This document shows, in pieces, positions 1-13,299 of a stretch of 64,000 nucleotides of DNA (its first letter is position 1; each line of letters starts with the position of its first letter). A model generated the notes under the pieces. That model did no database searches. It saw nothing but the letters and a program-made list of their open reading frames with translations, and had not been told where the DNA came from. The position numbers and the translations under genes were made by a program. The DNA is taken from NCBI RefSeq assembly GCF_002113885.1, contig NW_018408922.1:1113144-1177143 (forward strand), written 5' to 3'. The DNA comes from Mizuhopecten yessoensis (taxonomy: Eukaryota).

Positions 1-1257
1 TATGCATCAGATACGATAGCAAAGTGGTACGGTATGCATCAGATACGATGGCATAGTGGTATGATATGCATCAGATACGATAGCAAAGTGGTACAGTATG
101 CATCAGATACGATAGCATAGTGGTATGATATGCATCAGATACGATAGCATAGTGGTACGGTATACATCAGATACGATAGCATAGTGGTACGGTATGCATC
201 ATATACGATAGCATAGTGGTACGGTATGCATCATATACGATAGCATAGTGGTACGGCATGCATCAGATACGATAGCATAGTGGTACGGTAGGCATCATAT
301 ATGATAGCATAGGGGTACGGTATGCATCATATACGATAGCATAGTGGTACGGTATGCATCATAAATGATAGCATAGGGGTACGGTATCCATCAGATACGA
401 TAGCATAGTGGTACGGTATGCATCATATATGATAGCACATAGTGGTACGGTATGCATCAGATACGATAGAATAGTGGTACGGTATGCATCAGATACGATA
501 GAATAGTGGTACGGTATGCATCAGATACGATAGAATAGTGGTACGGTATGCATCATAAATGATAGCATAGGTGTACGGTATGCATCAGATACGATAGCAT
601 AGTGACACGGTATGCATCAGATACGATAGCTTAGTGGTACGGTATGCATCAGATACGATAGCACAGTGGTACGGTATGCATCAGATACGATAGCACAGTG
701 GTACGGTATGCATCAGATACGATAGCATAGTGACACGGTAGGCATCAGATACGATAGCATAGTGGTACGGTAGGCATCATATATGATAGCATAGGGGTAC
801 GGTATGCATACGGTATGCATCAGATACGATAGCATAGTGGAACGGTATGCATCAGATACGATAGCATAGTGGAACGGTATGCATCAGATACGATAGCATA
901 GTGGAACGGTATGCATCAGATACGATAGCATAGTGGGACGGTATGCATCAGATACGATAGCATAGTGGTCCGGTATGCATCAGATACGATAGCATAGTGG
1001 TACGGTATGCATCATAAATGATAGCATAGGGGTACGGTATGCATCAGATACGATAGCATAGTGGTACGGTATGCATCATATATGATAGCATAGGGGTACG
1101 GTATGCATCATATACGATAGCATAGTGGTACGGTATGCATCAGATACGATAGCATAGTGGTACGGTATGCATCATATACGATAGCATAGTGGTACGGTCT
1201 GCATCATAATTGATAGCATAGGGGTACGGTATGCATCAGATACGATAGCATAGTGGT
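1..1257. repeat. 32-bp minisatellite (consensus TATGCATCAGATACGATAGCATAGTGGTACGG), ~39 copies, running off the window start
   Basis: Head-to-tail 32-bp period read directly (units at 1, 33, 65...), with point variants only and no unique spacers. Confidence 0.97.
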
Positions 1258-1434
1258 AGTGTACAGTATGCATCTGAAACCATAAGGACTTCTGCTGATA
1301 GCACGCAAATTAAGTTATAGGTTTATGTTTCACATGATTAATCAACATCAGTAATTGTACTATGATGGGCTGGTTTTAAATATAGACATGTTTGGAATCG
1401 AAGTAATAATTGGAATGTGTTTCTCACGGACAGT

Positions 1435-1620
1435 CTGGGTGACATAGGACTAGTAGTTAGAGCCTGATAGGACAGCACCTGCGAATTCCTAAAATTATTA
1501 CAGATTAATTTATATGCTAATTGTATTGATTGTATAAATTGTATATCTACATGTATGTACTGTAAACCTCTTTAGAACGGCTTATTCTAACTAGATAGGG
1601 CGCTATATCAAATGTTGTAC
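1435..1620 (+). repeat. Dispersed repeat copy, probably the 3' tail of an L2/CR1-type LINE or related SINE
   Basis: Shares CTGCGAATTCCT...TTGTATATCTA...TGTAAA...GGCTTATT...CTAGATA...AAATGTTGTA with 11745-11920. The TGTAAA...CGCTATAT..AAATG ending is L2-tail-like. Confidence 0.55.
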
Positions 1621-2335
1621 ACTTTATTTTACTTATTCAATTAAGGAATTTGATAATAATTGTGTAATTGAAAAAAGTGTTTGTGCTATAATACGACCGA
1701 AACTTTAACAGTGACATAGATGTTAGACAATGCAGTCCTATTTGTCATAAAATGAATTCTGAAACAAAACAATCTTGATCTTAACTTCCTTATATATTTA
1801 TACATTTTGCGTAGGCTGACGCTAATATCAAATCTCCATGGGCGGTTGGTTTGATTGCTACAGTACATATTAAAATACCCAGAAAGACTATTCTAGTTAG
1901 TAGGATATGGACACTCAAACGTTATCAAACCATCGGGTCCGACTACTTTGAATTATACGTGATGCATTTACAAAATTGAAATTACCCGATGACCAATTCA
2001 TTGATATTATTCCGCACGTTGGGTTTTTCAGAAATATTCAGTAATCTAACAGTATTTGTTTCTGGCTAAACCTCATTGTCGAATGATAGGTACAGTAACA
2101 AAAGCAATCTGAATTAGCGTAAGATTATTTCACATTTTGGAGGTTTAAGGTCACAGTGAAATTATTTTTTAGAATTTATAAACATATGTGTATGTGTCAG
2201 AGGGTCACTACTAGTACTGCTTTTAAGGTTTACATCGAACTTATGTTTCTGCTTTTATAATATATAGCACAGGAGCTCGTTACGATCATTAGAATATATT
2301 GATCGAAACGAGGTCATGTACAGTGTATATGTAGG

Positions 2336-4151
2336 GTCATCCCCATACTTACGTCTTACTATCGTCTACTAATTACATATGTATATAACCTCCACATGTA
2401 CCGACCGGCATGTGTATAAAGTCATATTTATCACGTTAACCCGGTATGTTTACGCTCTCCTCAACGGAAGATGCACGCGTGATCAGTAGGTTAGATCTAC
2501 GCATCCTCTGGACCAATCGAGTACCGAGTAGGCGATATTTAATTTCAGACAGGTTTTAAGAAGTCATCCCCATACTTACGTCTTACTATCGTCTACTAAT
2601 TACATATGTATATAACCTCCACATGTACCGACCGGCATGTGTATAAAGTCAGATTTATCACGTTAACCCTGAATGTTTACGCTCTCCTCAACGGAAGATT
2701 CACGCGTGATCAGTAGGTTAGATCTACGCATCCTCTGGACCAATCGAGTACCGAGTAGGCGATATTTAATTTCAGACAGGTTTTAAGAAGTCATCCCCAT
2801 ACTTACGTCTTACTATCGTCTACTAATGACATATGTATATAACCTCCACATGTACCGACCAGCATGTGTATAAAGTCATATTTATCACGATAACCCGGTA
2901 TGTTTACGCTCTCCTCAACGGAAGATGCACGCGTGATCAGTAGGTTAGATCTACGCATCCGCTGGACCAATCGAGTACCGAGTAGGTGATATTTAATTTC
3001 AGACAGGTTTTAAGAAGTCATCCCCATACTTACGTCTTACTATCGTCTACTAATGACATATGTATATAACCTCCACATGTACCGACCAGCATGTGTATAA
3101 AGTCATATTTATCACGATAACCCGGTATGTTTACGCTCTCCTCAACGGAAGATGCACGCGTGATCAGTAGGTTAGATCTACGCATCCGCTGGACCAATCG
3201 AGTACCGAGTAGGTGATATTTAATTTCAGACAGGTTTTAAGAAGTCATCCCCATACTTACGTCTTACTATCGTCTACTAATGACATATGTATATAACCTC
3301 CACATGTACCGACCGGCATGTGTATAAAGTCAGATTTATCACGTTAACCCTGAATGTTTACGCTCTCCTCAACGGAAGATTCACGCGTGATCAGTAGGTT
3401 AGATCTACGCATCCGCTGGACCAATCGAGTACCGAGTAGGCGATATTTAATTTCAGACAGGTTTTAAGAAGTCATCCCCATACTTACGTCTTACTATCGT
3501 CTACTAATGACATATGTATATAACCTCCACATGTACCGACCGGCATGTGTATAAAGTCAGATTTATCACGTTAACCCTGAATGTTTACGCTCTCCTCAAC
3601 GGAAGATGCACGCGTGATCAGTAGGTTAGATCTACGCATCCTCTGGACCAATCGAGTTCCGAGTAGGCGATATTTAATTTCAGACAGGTTTTAAGAAGTC
3701 ATCCCCATACTTACGTCTTACTATCGTCTACTAATGACATATGTATATAACCTCCACATGTACCGACCAGCATGTGTATAAAGTCATATTTATCACGTTA
3801 ACCCGGTATGTCTACGCTCTCCTCAACGGAAGATGCACGCGTGATCAGTAGGTTAGATCTACGCATCCGCTGGACCAATCGAGTACCGAGTAGGCGATAT
3901 TTAATTTCAGACAGGTTTTAAGAAGTCATCCCCATACTTACGTCTTACTATCGTCTACTAATGACATATGTATATAACCTCCACATGTACCGACCAGCAT
4001 GTGTATAAAGTCATATTTATCACGTTAACCCGGTATGTTTACGCTCTCCTCAACGGAAGATTCACGCGTGATCAGTAGGTTAGATCTACGCATCCGCTGG
4101 ACCAATCGAGTACCGAGTAGGTGATATTTAATTTCAGACAGGTTTTAAGAA
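2336..4151. repeat. 227-bp tandem satellite, 8 complete copies
   Basis: GTCATCCCCATACTTACG recurs at 2336, 2563, 2790, 3017, 3244, 3471, 3698 and 3925. Copies are near identical. Confidence 0.97.
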
Positions 4152-7100
4152 AAACAATTCTACTTGCGGGGGTCAAATTCTGGGTTAAAAATCATGATTT
4201 TTTGCATATTTTGGTGTTTTTTGATATGGTAACGATGGTTTTCAGAAGTCCCAAATCTGGGGAAATTGCTTTTTGAAAAAAAAAAATGTTCTTCTAAAAA
4301 ATACCTATTAAACATGTAGTTTATGAATATATATATATATGTAGGTGTGTTGTGCAGGATGATTCCGCTATCCATGTTTATCCGAGAGATGCCATTTATT
4401 TTTAGGGTCAAGCCATTTCTACTGTACTCTGCCACCCCAGTGTCGTAGCATACATGCATGCTTGTATGCTCAAACATACACTAACACTTTCAAGATTTTT
4501 TATTCAAGATATCTTTATACATTTCATTTTTCATGATTAATATGGACCGTCCGTATCAATCATAAAAAAGGAAAGAAATGACAAGAATCTTCTTGAAAAT
4601 TTTAGTCTGCTAAAATAGTGTTGTTATGTTATGTCTATACACATTGACAAATCATCAAGATCTATGTAAATCAAAAACTACTTAAAGAAGTATAATATTA
4701 AACTGTATTCATATAAAAAGATCGGATTTTCATTGTTAATAATCAAAATAAAAGGAAGTCCCAGAACATGGGAGATTGCTGCTAGGGCCTAGAAGATTTT
4801 TTTTTCAGCTAGCATTCCCCCTATTCCGGCGCTATGCGCCTAGGACGGTCGACCGTCAGAATACACTCCGAAAAATGATTAGCTACGTCACTCTGACCGA
4901 GAGACGCCCATATTACCACTCTAAAAAATAATCTGCTGTTAACTCCACGTATATTTTCGTCTCTTCAGATGATTTTTATTTTTGGCCATTATTTTTCTTT
5001 TATTAAATCGACCATTTCCCTCTCCGTTGTATGATGTATTGAGTGAGTGTTAATAATTTCTCGTTTGGCAATGGTGCTTTTTCAGCGTCTCTTTGTTTTG
5101 TATTCATATAATCTATCGTACTGTTGCATGTGACTATCATTTGTATCGTCTATGACAAGGATGTGTACCCCACCTTTGTTGTTATAAAAAAGCAGAAGTC
5201 AATTTTACTTCTGATCTGTGTATGATTCAATTATTAAACCTATCATTTATTAAATGATCATTTTGCAACAATCACAGATTATTAGTTGTTTTCGTCACAG
5301 ATAACACTTCAACAAAAACAAGATTCGGTATCTTATTTTGTTTTGCAGACAAAGATAACATTTCAGTTCAAAGTAAAGGTGATTCCAAAATCGTCTATAA
5401 GGTGACAATGCAATTAGTAAAACAATGTACTTAAGACATATAATAGGATGCATTGTTATACCAATATCACATAAAATATGTAAGATTTTCGGAACAAACA
5501 TATAAAATAAGTTTCAATTAAATTCAAATATGCTATCCGATTAAAATATGAAATTGCACTTACGAAAAATTAAATCTTTCACATCTCATCACATCTAAAC
5601 AGTAACCATTTATAAAAGCGGAGGCATTTCAAACGTCGATTTATTTAAGTTGTTATAGTGGTATGCATCTGAAACCATAAGTTATTTTGCCGGTGTAATA
5701 TTGTTCGCAAATGACATAAAAATAAACAAATTAAAACTGAGTGAAAGTATATATACAAAATCTTACCGGCGTTGGTGTATCTATCAACTGGAGACATTCA
5801 TCAAACGGCATCTGTCGGAATTTGTATGTTGTCCCCAGTCTGTCCGTTATTTAACCTAAAGACTACTACCATATGTGAACATGTTCGCAAGTGTTTTCTT
5901 AAAACTCTTTATTTCTTGTAATCAAACAGTGACAACTTTGATACGAATAATAAGGAAGATATTAATGTTTATAAACATTAAGTATACATTGGTTTCAAGT
6001 GATATCGTTAAAGCGTACATCTCCTTTCACCGGAAATGGTACATCGTTGTTGAGATGATTACTGACAGATCTAGAGGCCTTTGTAAATAAGATTGAATCA
6101 GTTACAACCATTGGTGATAAGTGCTCTCTGAAGTACTTGAAGCCCCATTTCTGCCAAATACGAATCGGCGTTTTAAACTTTTCTTTCCGAGAAAATGTTA
6201 ACGATTACGCGGCAAACGAATTGCCTACCTATCAGAAATGAGCAAGACCTTCATCATCACTGGTATTTAAGTATAGCTGTAAGTATCAGGTTCTAATATA
6301 GTGTCGTTTCTGGAAACTCTATTTGTTTTAGTTTTGTACACATTTTATGCTAATTTCAAACTAGCACTGTTTAAGTCAGTCATCCTCGGTACTCCAGGGG
6401 TTACACTGACTTACACTGTCTGAACCCTGGAATATGTCATGACGAAATTAAAGGCAGCTACACTGTATTGTATTAGACTAAGGTATGAAAAAAAAACAGA
6501 TCAATTTATAGGCTGATATCTATCCTCTGAAGATTTCCGAGGAGCGACACCAGACTTCAAAGCCTGTCAATTGAATCGTTACGCCTCCGCACGGTCCTTT
6601 TGCTGTTCATCAAGCGTTTGTTTTTTCATAGATGTGTTACTATGCTGAAGTCGAAACGATTTCGCCACCGCCTCTTAAACACCCTTCATATGCATCAGTT
6701 TATAAACATGTAAGTCGCGGTGAATTTCTCCATTCACATTACGAGCCATGAATACTACTACCCATAAAATCAAGCTTCTTGCGACGTCCATCTTAAGCCT
6801 TACATTGTCCTCGGCCGACCACTTTTCTTCTACATGTATCTTTATCCATATTTTGTTATTTTGCTAATATTTGACACCGTTACATAGGGTACATGTATTG
6901 TGTACACTCACATGCATTCGTTTTGATTTCTGTTTTCTACATAAATGATTATTGAAATTTTACACGTAGTAGTTAAAAAGAACTAGACATATTTAATCAC
7001 AAATATTATATCTTATAAAACTAAGTAATTTCCATCCGTATATTGTTTTGCGACGTTATAATAAATATACAGAGGATATTTTTTTTTCCCTTGAATACCA

Positions 7101-7236
7101 TACATATTTTACGCGTATGAATATCAACATTTTTCACTGGTACAAAGTGCCAAATTTTGTAGCGCGTAGTATTTGACGCCAGGTTCTAATGACGTCACGC
7201 TTGACAACAAAACTGAGTGTCGTTTTGTTAAGCATC

Positions 7237-7349
7237 GAACTGTTTTTGTATGGTATTTATGATCTATTTGAATGACACAGCTTTGCAAGCAAACAACATA
7301 ATGCGCGCTATGATTCAAATAGATCATAAATACCATACAAAAACAGTTC
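7237..7349. repeat. Perfect 37-bp inverted repeat with a 39-nt spacer (hairpin or non-autonomous DNA element core)
   Basis: GAACTGTTTTTGTATGGTATTTATGATCTATTTGAAT (7237-7273) is the reverse complement of 7313-7349. Confidence 0.9.
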
Positions 7350-7930
7350 AATACTTATATTTACGTTTTCTCTGCCTCTTATGTTCTTTTTTAACTTATA
7401 ATTTATATTTAAAATTAAAAATGCCCGCCTTATCGACAGTCCACACAATTTCGTTCAATAGTTTGAACAGCGTATTGTCGTGTGCTGATTGGCAAACAAA
7501 GTAGTACTTTGAAATTTTAACAAACACTTCAATTTTATTCCACAATTCAGTATCAATACAATTGCGTATGATATGTCTATAGGGTGATTTAAGTTTATCA
7601 ATAGAACTCTGAGCTGAAAGTAATATTTGAAATTGTTTCGATTTTTCCCCGAAACAAATTTCGCGCATGGACAAATACAGTGAACACCGTAAATCCGACC
7701 TTGCCCTCCACGAGGGAGTTATTTTTGGAAGTTAATTCGAACTTTTCTCTTTGCTCATTTTGTGAAGAATCCAGGCGTGAATTTATTTGTTGATTGTATG
7801 GGAACCTGACAACAGTCGGTAGATTCTATAACAGCCTCGTTATTTGACATGTCGTCAGAAACTGAGGAACCGTGGATGCGAGACGCGTGAAACTGATAGC
7901 GTTTGAAGTGAGTGATCTTGCGACGGAGCA

Positions 7931-8052
7931 CAGGTTCGTTACAAATGTCTGAAATGTTTATGTGTGCTGTGACTCATATCAGTAGGTCTGTAACATATGT
8001 GTCAGTAGGTCTATAGAATATGTGTATTTCAGACATTTGTAACGAACCCCTG
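7931..8052. mobile_element. Short MITE with ~25-bp terminal inverted repeats
   Basis: CAGGTTCGTTACAAATGTCTGAAAT ... ATTTCAGACATTTGTAACGAACCCCTG. A related copy lies at 45477-45880. Confidence 0.75.
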
Positions 8053-10759
8053 TTGATCAGTGCAGTGTAACAGACGATATTTCTGATAAATTGCATATGC
8101 GTTAAAATTGTTTCCATTGCCGGCATTGGTGATTTCAACCGATGTGCATTTTGTACGATATTGCAGACATTGGTCTTGTTTTCGTTGCAATAAAAGTGTT
8201 TTTATTTTATTTTTTTATTTTGCACATAAATTTACAATGGCATTGTCAAATCTCACAATGCCCAGCGATATTTCAGCAGCCGTCATGCTTATTTATATTG
8301 GATATTGTAGTTCCGGTCAGTATTGTATTAGTACGCTAAGAATTGCGTCTCGTGATGCATGGTAATTAAAGTCCCATCAACGACACAGCTTTCAAAGAGG
8401 CTATATAGTGACAATGCCATGCAAATGTAAATATAATGGGTTGTTCAACACAATTCTTCCGTTTGCTGCTTTCATGTGATTTCCACAAAAATGATATTAT
8501 TTGTGTTGTTACATAATATATGTTAAAAAACAACGACTTATTCTGCCGCCGCTTCATCACCACTTAAAATTGAAAGTCTACGCAGTAAATATACCGTTCT
8601 GATTTGACAATATTTATGTGATATCTTCACATGTGAAGATATAATATGTCGTATGCCTTTCAGTGAAGATATCAGCCTTTAACAATTGATAATTCATGAT
8701 GTTTAATAGTTAGAATGTAATAAAGTGTTTCAATTTTTGGAACCTGGAGATATGTATAAAAATGTTCTTCTCATAGGATAAAAACGTTATGAGAGGTGAA
8801 GGTGACACACACATAGATATAAAGGTTCTAACGAGAGCTAGTTAATTTTCATATTGTACGAAGACATTAGGTAGACTGAGTGCCTTTTACAATTTGAAAA
8901 AGATAACAAAAGAAAGTGAAAAATATGTACATATGATAACCAATCATCGCGTGTTTTGTGATTTGTTTCTCCGATAACGTTCTTATTCTATCTAGAAAAA
9001 CGTGTAGGAGAAGACAAGGGACCACATTCATGCTGATTAGTTATAATGTTTATTCAACTCTGTTAGGTGAATTCTGAGAAAACATGCATTAACAACATAT
9101 TTTGTGGGAGAAGTAAAAAAGACATGAAATAATTTGCCAAAATTTCAAAATACAATTAAGTAAATACAAAAATGATATTGTAAAATTTATAAAACAGTTG
9201 CAAAAGTTTCATTTATATAACACTTTATGATTTTTTTTTTATTAAAGCTCTTTAAAGATGAACAATATCTCTTTCTGTCACTCCTGACTTCGTTTTTGGT
9301 CTTTCTTTCTTTCTTTACATGTTCTCCTCTGTCACCAAAGCACCGTTTCCCTACTTCTCTATCATAATCAATTAACCATATTAAGTATAAGGAATACAGC
9401 TAGATTGTGTGGTTGATGCCTCGAATAACCTTTCTTACGACATATATGAATGCATTTTTTGAACAATATACCAGTGTACAGTAAAACCTTTTGATATCAA
9501 TACGTGTAAATGTACGACAATTCGGTTCAAATCATACAAATCTTTCGTAACTACTCTATATATCATCATTACGGCATTTGTTTGGACAATCACCAACGCG
9601 TTAAAGGATGTTTTACGAAATGATTTCATATTTGTTGTCAGACTTTGAATAAATGTCAGAAAATTATCATCTAAGTCCCCGGAACAAGATATATCCAAAG
9701 ATAAATTGTAGCTTGACAATTATTTTTTAAACATGACATTTGCTCGTCCTTTATGATATAACAAACCTGATAATATACATAGGTTGTCTTTCTTCAACTA
9801 TTTAACGCGGGTATTGACACAATGCAATATATGATATAGGGTATCTTGTCTGGAGGAAATGATTTCACGAGATTATTGAAAAATTGCGCCTTTTTCATGT
9901 TTGTGTGAATATCCATGTCTTTAAAAGACAACAAATGGGAAGAAGGCACATATCCTTTTGTAAATAATCGAACTTCCCTTCAATATACTTATCTAGATTC
10001 GAGATTCGACAACAAAACCCCCCAGAACGGGTGAAGTGAAGTCAGGAAAACAAATACCCTTGCAGTGCAAGCGGATTGCCCATTTGTTTTGTGTGTGTTC
10101 ATGATGACCTCCGTGCGCGTTGATGTTATGGTATGGTACTTTTTTCCAACAATGACTAAAACCTTTACAGTTACTGTATTTTACTCAGAAATGTAATAGG
10201 ACATAATCCATTCAAATGACATTTAGTTGTTAAATATAAAAGAATGACACGTCTCGCTCCACTTAGCGATTTGCATATAACAACACAACGCAAATATCTT
10301 TTTTTGCCTCTAGCTCACAGAAAGGACGTATGGCGGTGGGCGTTTAATCAGTATATGTACATGCACAACATTACTAATAATCCATGACAAAAACCAAAAT
10401 GCAATCAAAATACATATATACAAATAACCCCTCGTACATATACCGATAGTTAACAGCTTGCCGTCATCTGACGTGAAAAAAACATTTACACCGCAGTCTG
10501 ACGTTGACTGCGCGAAACGACAATAAAGAGACACCTCGATCATCGAAATCAACCTGCACGCCCAGGAAAAACCGGAGATATCCCCCGGAAAACGGTAACC
10601 AAAAGCGGGACAAATATTATTTCCCTGCAAGTCCGATTTCTCTGACGTGACAGTTGGACCGCTGTCTTCTCTTCTATAACAGACCTACTGAACCACCCTA
10701 AGAAAAAAAACGAAAAAAAACCTATCCATCCTTAAGTTTAGAATGAATCGTACGCTTAC

Positions 10760-11610
10760 CTGCTAAATGACTCGCATTCTGCTCTACGTAACTTTTAACA
10801 TGAACAGGTGGTTCCTCACCAGCTCCGTGTACAAATAAGCAAGTGCGCTCTGACACATCTCTACTGTATCCGTGTCGTTTCCAGCTCGTTGTTGTCTGTG
10901 TTACACGTTGAGTTTAAAAGCACATTAGTGCATGGCCCATCCTGAACAACGGAAGCGGTCCGAATGGTTTGCAATGAAGTTTTTCTCCACTCTGATACCT
11001 TTGCTTGAATACTATTATACATTATGTAATTCAATTTTTCTCCGTCCATGCATATCTCGATTGTTTCCCCAGCAAGTATCAATTTCCAAATATGTCCGGA
11101 ACAATGGATTGACACCCCACTTGATACAGTTTGGTCAGTTTTCAGGATATTCTGGAAACTTTTAGCCCATGTTAAATGTGTAATGTCATTAACACAATAA
11201 TTCAGTGTAGTGTCATTTCCATGAGATAAGCTTATGGTACCTTTGTCGTTTGCCAATCGAACATAGGTTGTATAGTCCAAATCGGAATCTGACGTGTTTG
11301 TAGTTAACTTCTCAGTTTGTTGCAAGCTAAGTTTTTTCAAAAGCTGATTCCATTCGATCTTGAGATGTGTTGATACAAAGCCGTCTGTTTCATGCTCAAC
11401 TGTATCGAGATCTAAGGAAGCCCGAAATGAGAAAGGAAATAGATTAACTGTTTGTTCACTTTGGAGTTTAATGACAAAAAATAGCAAGTCCACATAATGC
11501 AATCACACATATGGCTACGACACCAACCACACAAGAGCACCATCTACGTCCAATCTTGGTATACGCGTTGTAAAAACACTGACGAACAGCTGAAAGGCAG
11601 GTTCTTGATC
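10760..11610 (-). pseudogene. Paralog A of the TM/beta-domain/alpha-beta-hydrolase family; two frameshifts, hydrolase domain truncated
   Basis: Begins after the acceptor ttcttcag (~11611). TM segment RRWCSCVVGVVAICVIALCGLAIF joins VIKLQSEQ (ORF 10861-11502) if one T is removed from the T6 run near 11476-11481. The ORF matches the beta domain of the paralogs (IEWN..LSLQQT, YC..W..FQNIL, CSGHIW, C.DG.KL.YI.Y, V.EW). Another frame gives RTCLFVHGAGEEPP (C codon 10841-10839), then a GTAAG donor-like site at 10759. No HSMG motif was found downstream. Confidence 0.85.
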
Positions 11611-11744
11611 CTGAAGAAAAAGAACATTCTTGAGAACTATTATCATTACCTTAAACTAAATATTGTCTTTGAAATAATTTAGATTGAGTAAATACACAAT
11701 GCATCTCAAGCACACACGCATGCGTACACACATAGGGAGATATT

Positions 11745-11920
11745 AGCCAGGTGGCATAGTACTAGTGTATAGCGACTGATAAGGCAGCTTCTGCGAATTC
11801 CTCAAAATTGTATTGATTAATGTTGTATATGTGTATTGTATTGATGGTATATATTGTATATCTATGTAATGTAAAGCGCGTTAGTGTGGCTTATTATAGC
11901 TAGATAAATGTTGTATATTA
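11745..11920 (+). repeat. Dispersed repeat copy (L2/CR1-like tail), homologous to 1435-1620
   Basis: Visible similarity to 1435-1620, including TGTAAAGCGC and a TA-rich tail. Confidence 0.55.
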
Positions 11921-13299
11921 TTATATTCATATGACTATTAATACATTTTTGAAAAAAAGAGACTTAATTGGTTTGTACTTGTAATACATCTTAAATGGGT
12001 TTTCAATTGGAAAATATGAAGCAATTTATAATGTTTACTTGTACCCTCGGGACGTTTCACATATCGATAGAGAGCGTGTGTACATTGTATAAAATAGGTT
12101 ACTGGTAGGGTGTAGATCTTGCCCCAAATATACAGAGAAAAAATGAGACAGAAGAAAAGCGATGGGAGCCAAACCTTATGTAAAGGCTGGGTCACAATAA
12201 CATACGTTATGGTACGTCTGAGGCGTTTGTCCAGATTATAAGGAAACACCATTCCAGGACCCCTATGAGACCATTGATAATACTAAGACAGTAGTCATAC
12301 ATTAAATAGAAACTAGAAGGAGTTGAGATACACAGATACACATCTGGAAGAACATCAAAAGGACATAGAGAAAATAAGCAACACCAAGTTTACCACAATC
12401 ACACGCAAAACATACGCCGCATGATACAATAAATCGGCATTAACAGATCACAGGAAACACCATTTCTGTATTTAAGAAAATATAAAAAGTTCAGCTTAAA
12501 TATGTAGCTAGAATAAAGAAACATACTTTTAAAAAAAGGCTATATGTTCAAACACGAAACCGTATATACATGTATTGTTAAGCCATTCCTCTATTTACAC
12601 CAACCACGATTGTCATCGCTCAACGTCCATCGTCCGTACAAATGTGTGCAAGCAATAATCGTCCAGATTTCTATCGTTCCCACATCGTGCACACACCGTT
12701 CGCACATCGTGTAACATTGTGCGTTCCCACAACTGTATATTCAATTAAATTTAGCTTTAAATTACCATATATCTTGTTAAATAGTGCCTGTTTAAACAGA
12801 TTTCGCTCTTTTGTTGGAGTTAAAATAGCAGTTCTTTAAATCTGCGTCATATCTTTTTTTTTATCGCCAGGTGTATGCAATCGCTGTCTAAATAAACTTG
12901 ATCAACGAAATTAAAAACTCCACGAAAGTTAGTGATTACTCCGCCTACTTTGCATTAACTGAGTTATTTCCATCATTTTTATTGTATTTACTTCAATCCC
13001 TCTTTACATAGCAGACAATTCACGATTCATGTTCTTATTAAGCGTTTGGGTGATCACATCTTCCTCGTTGAAGGCAGGAGGCCTGGGAACATTGATGGAC
13101 ACACCTGACATTGACTGGTATTGTGCGCTTACGTGTATCTCGGGATCTTTTACCGAGTTCTCTTTTCAATCTGTGACCCTTACAGTGACTTAGTTACATC
13201 TACCATTTCGTTGATTGAGTCCCATCCTTCATACCATTCCTTTATACAGTAGGCGTTGCATGATCAGTGACCTGTCTATCATGTTACACAAAATCTTTT

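Noticed and set aside
1-1257. 32-bp repeats of CRISPR-like length
   Set aside because: Units are contiguous with no unique spacers, there are no cas genes, and the context is eukaryotic.
10310-10630. 106-aa minus-strand ORF as the missing continuation of paralog A
   Set aside because: No YWG, HSMG or NDG motif in the frames read, and splicing from the 10759 donor enters a different frame that stops early.
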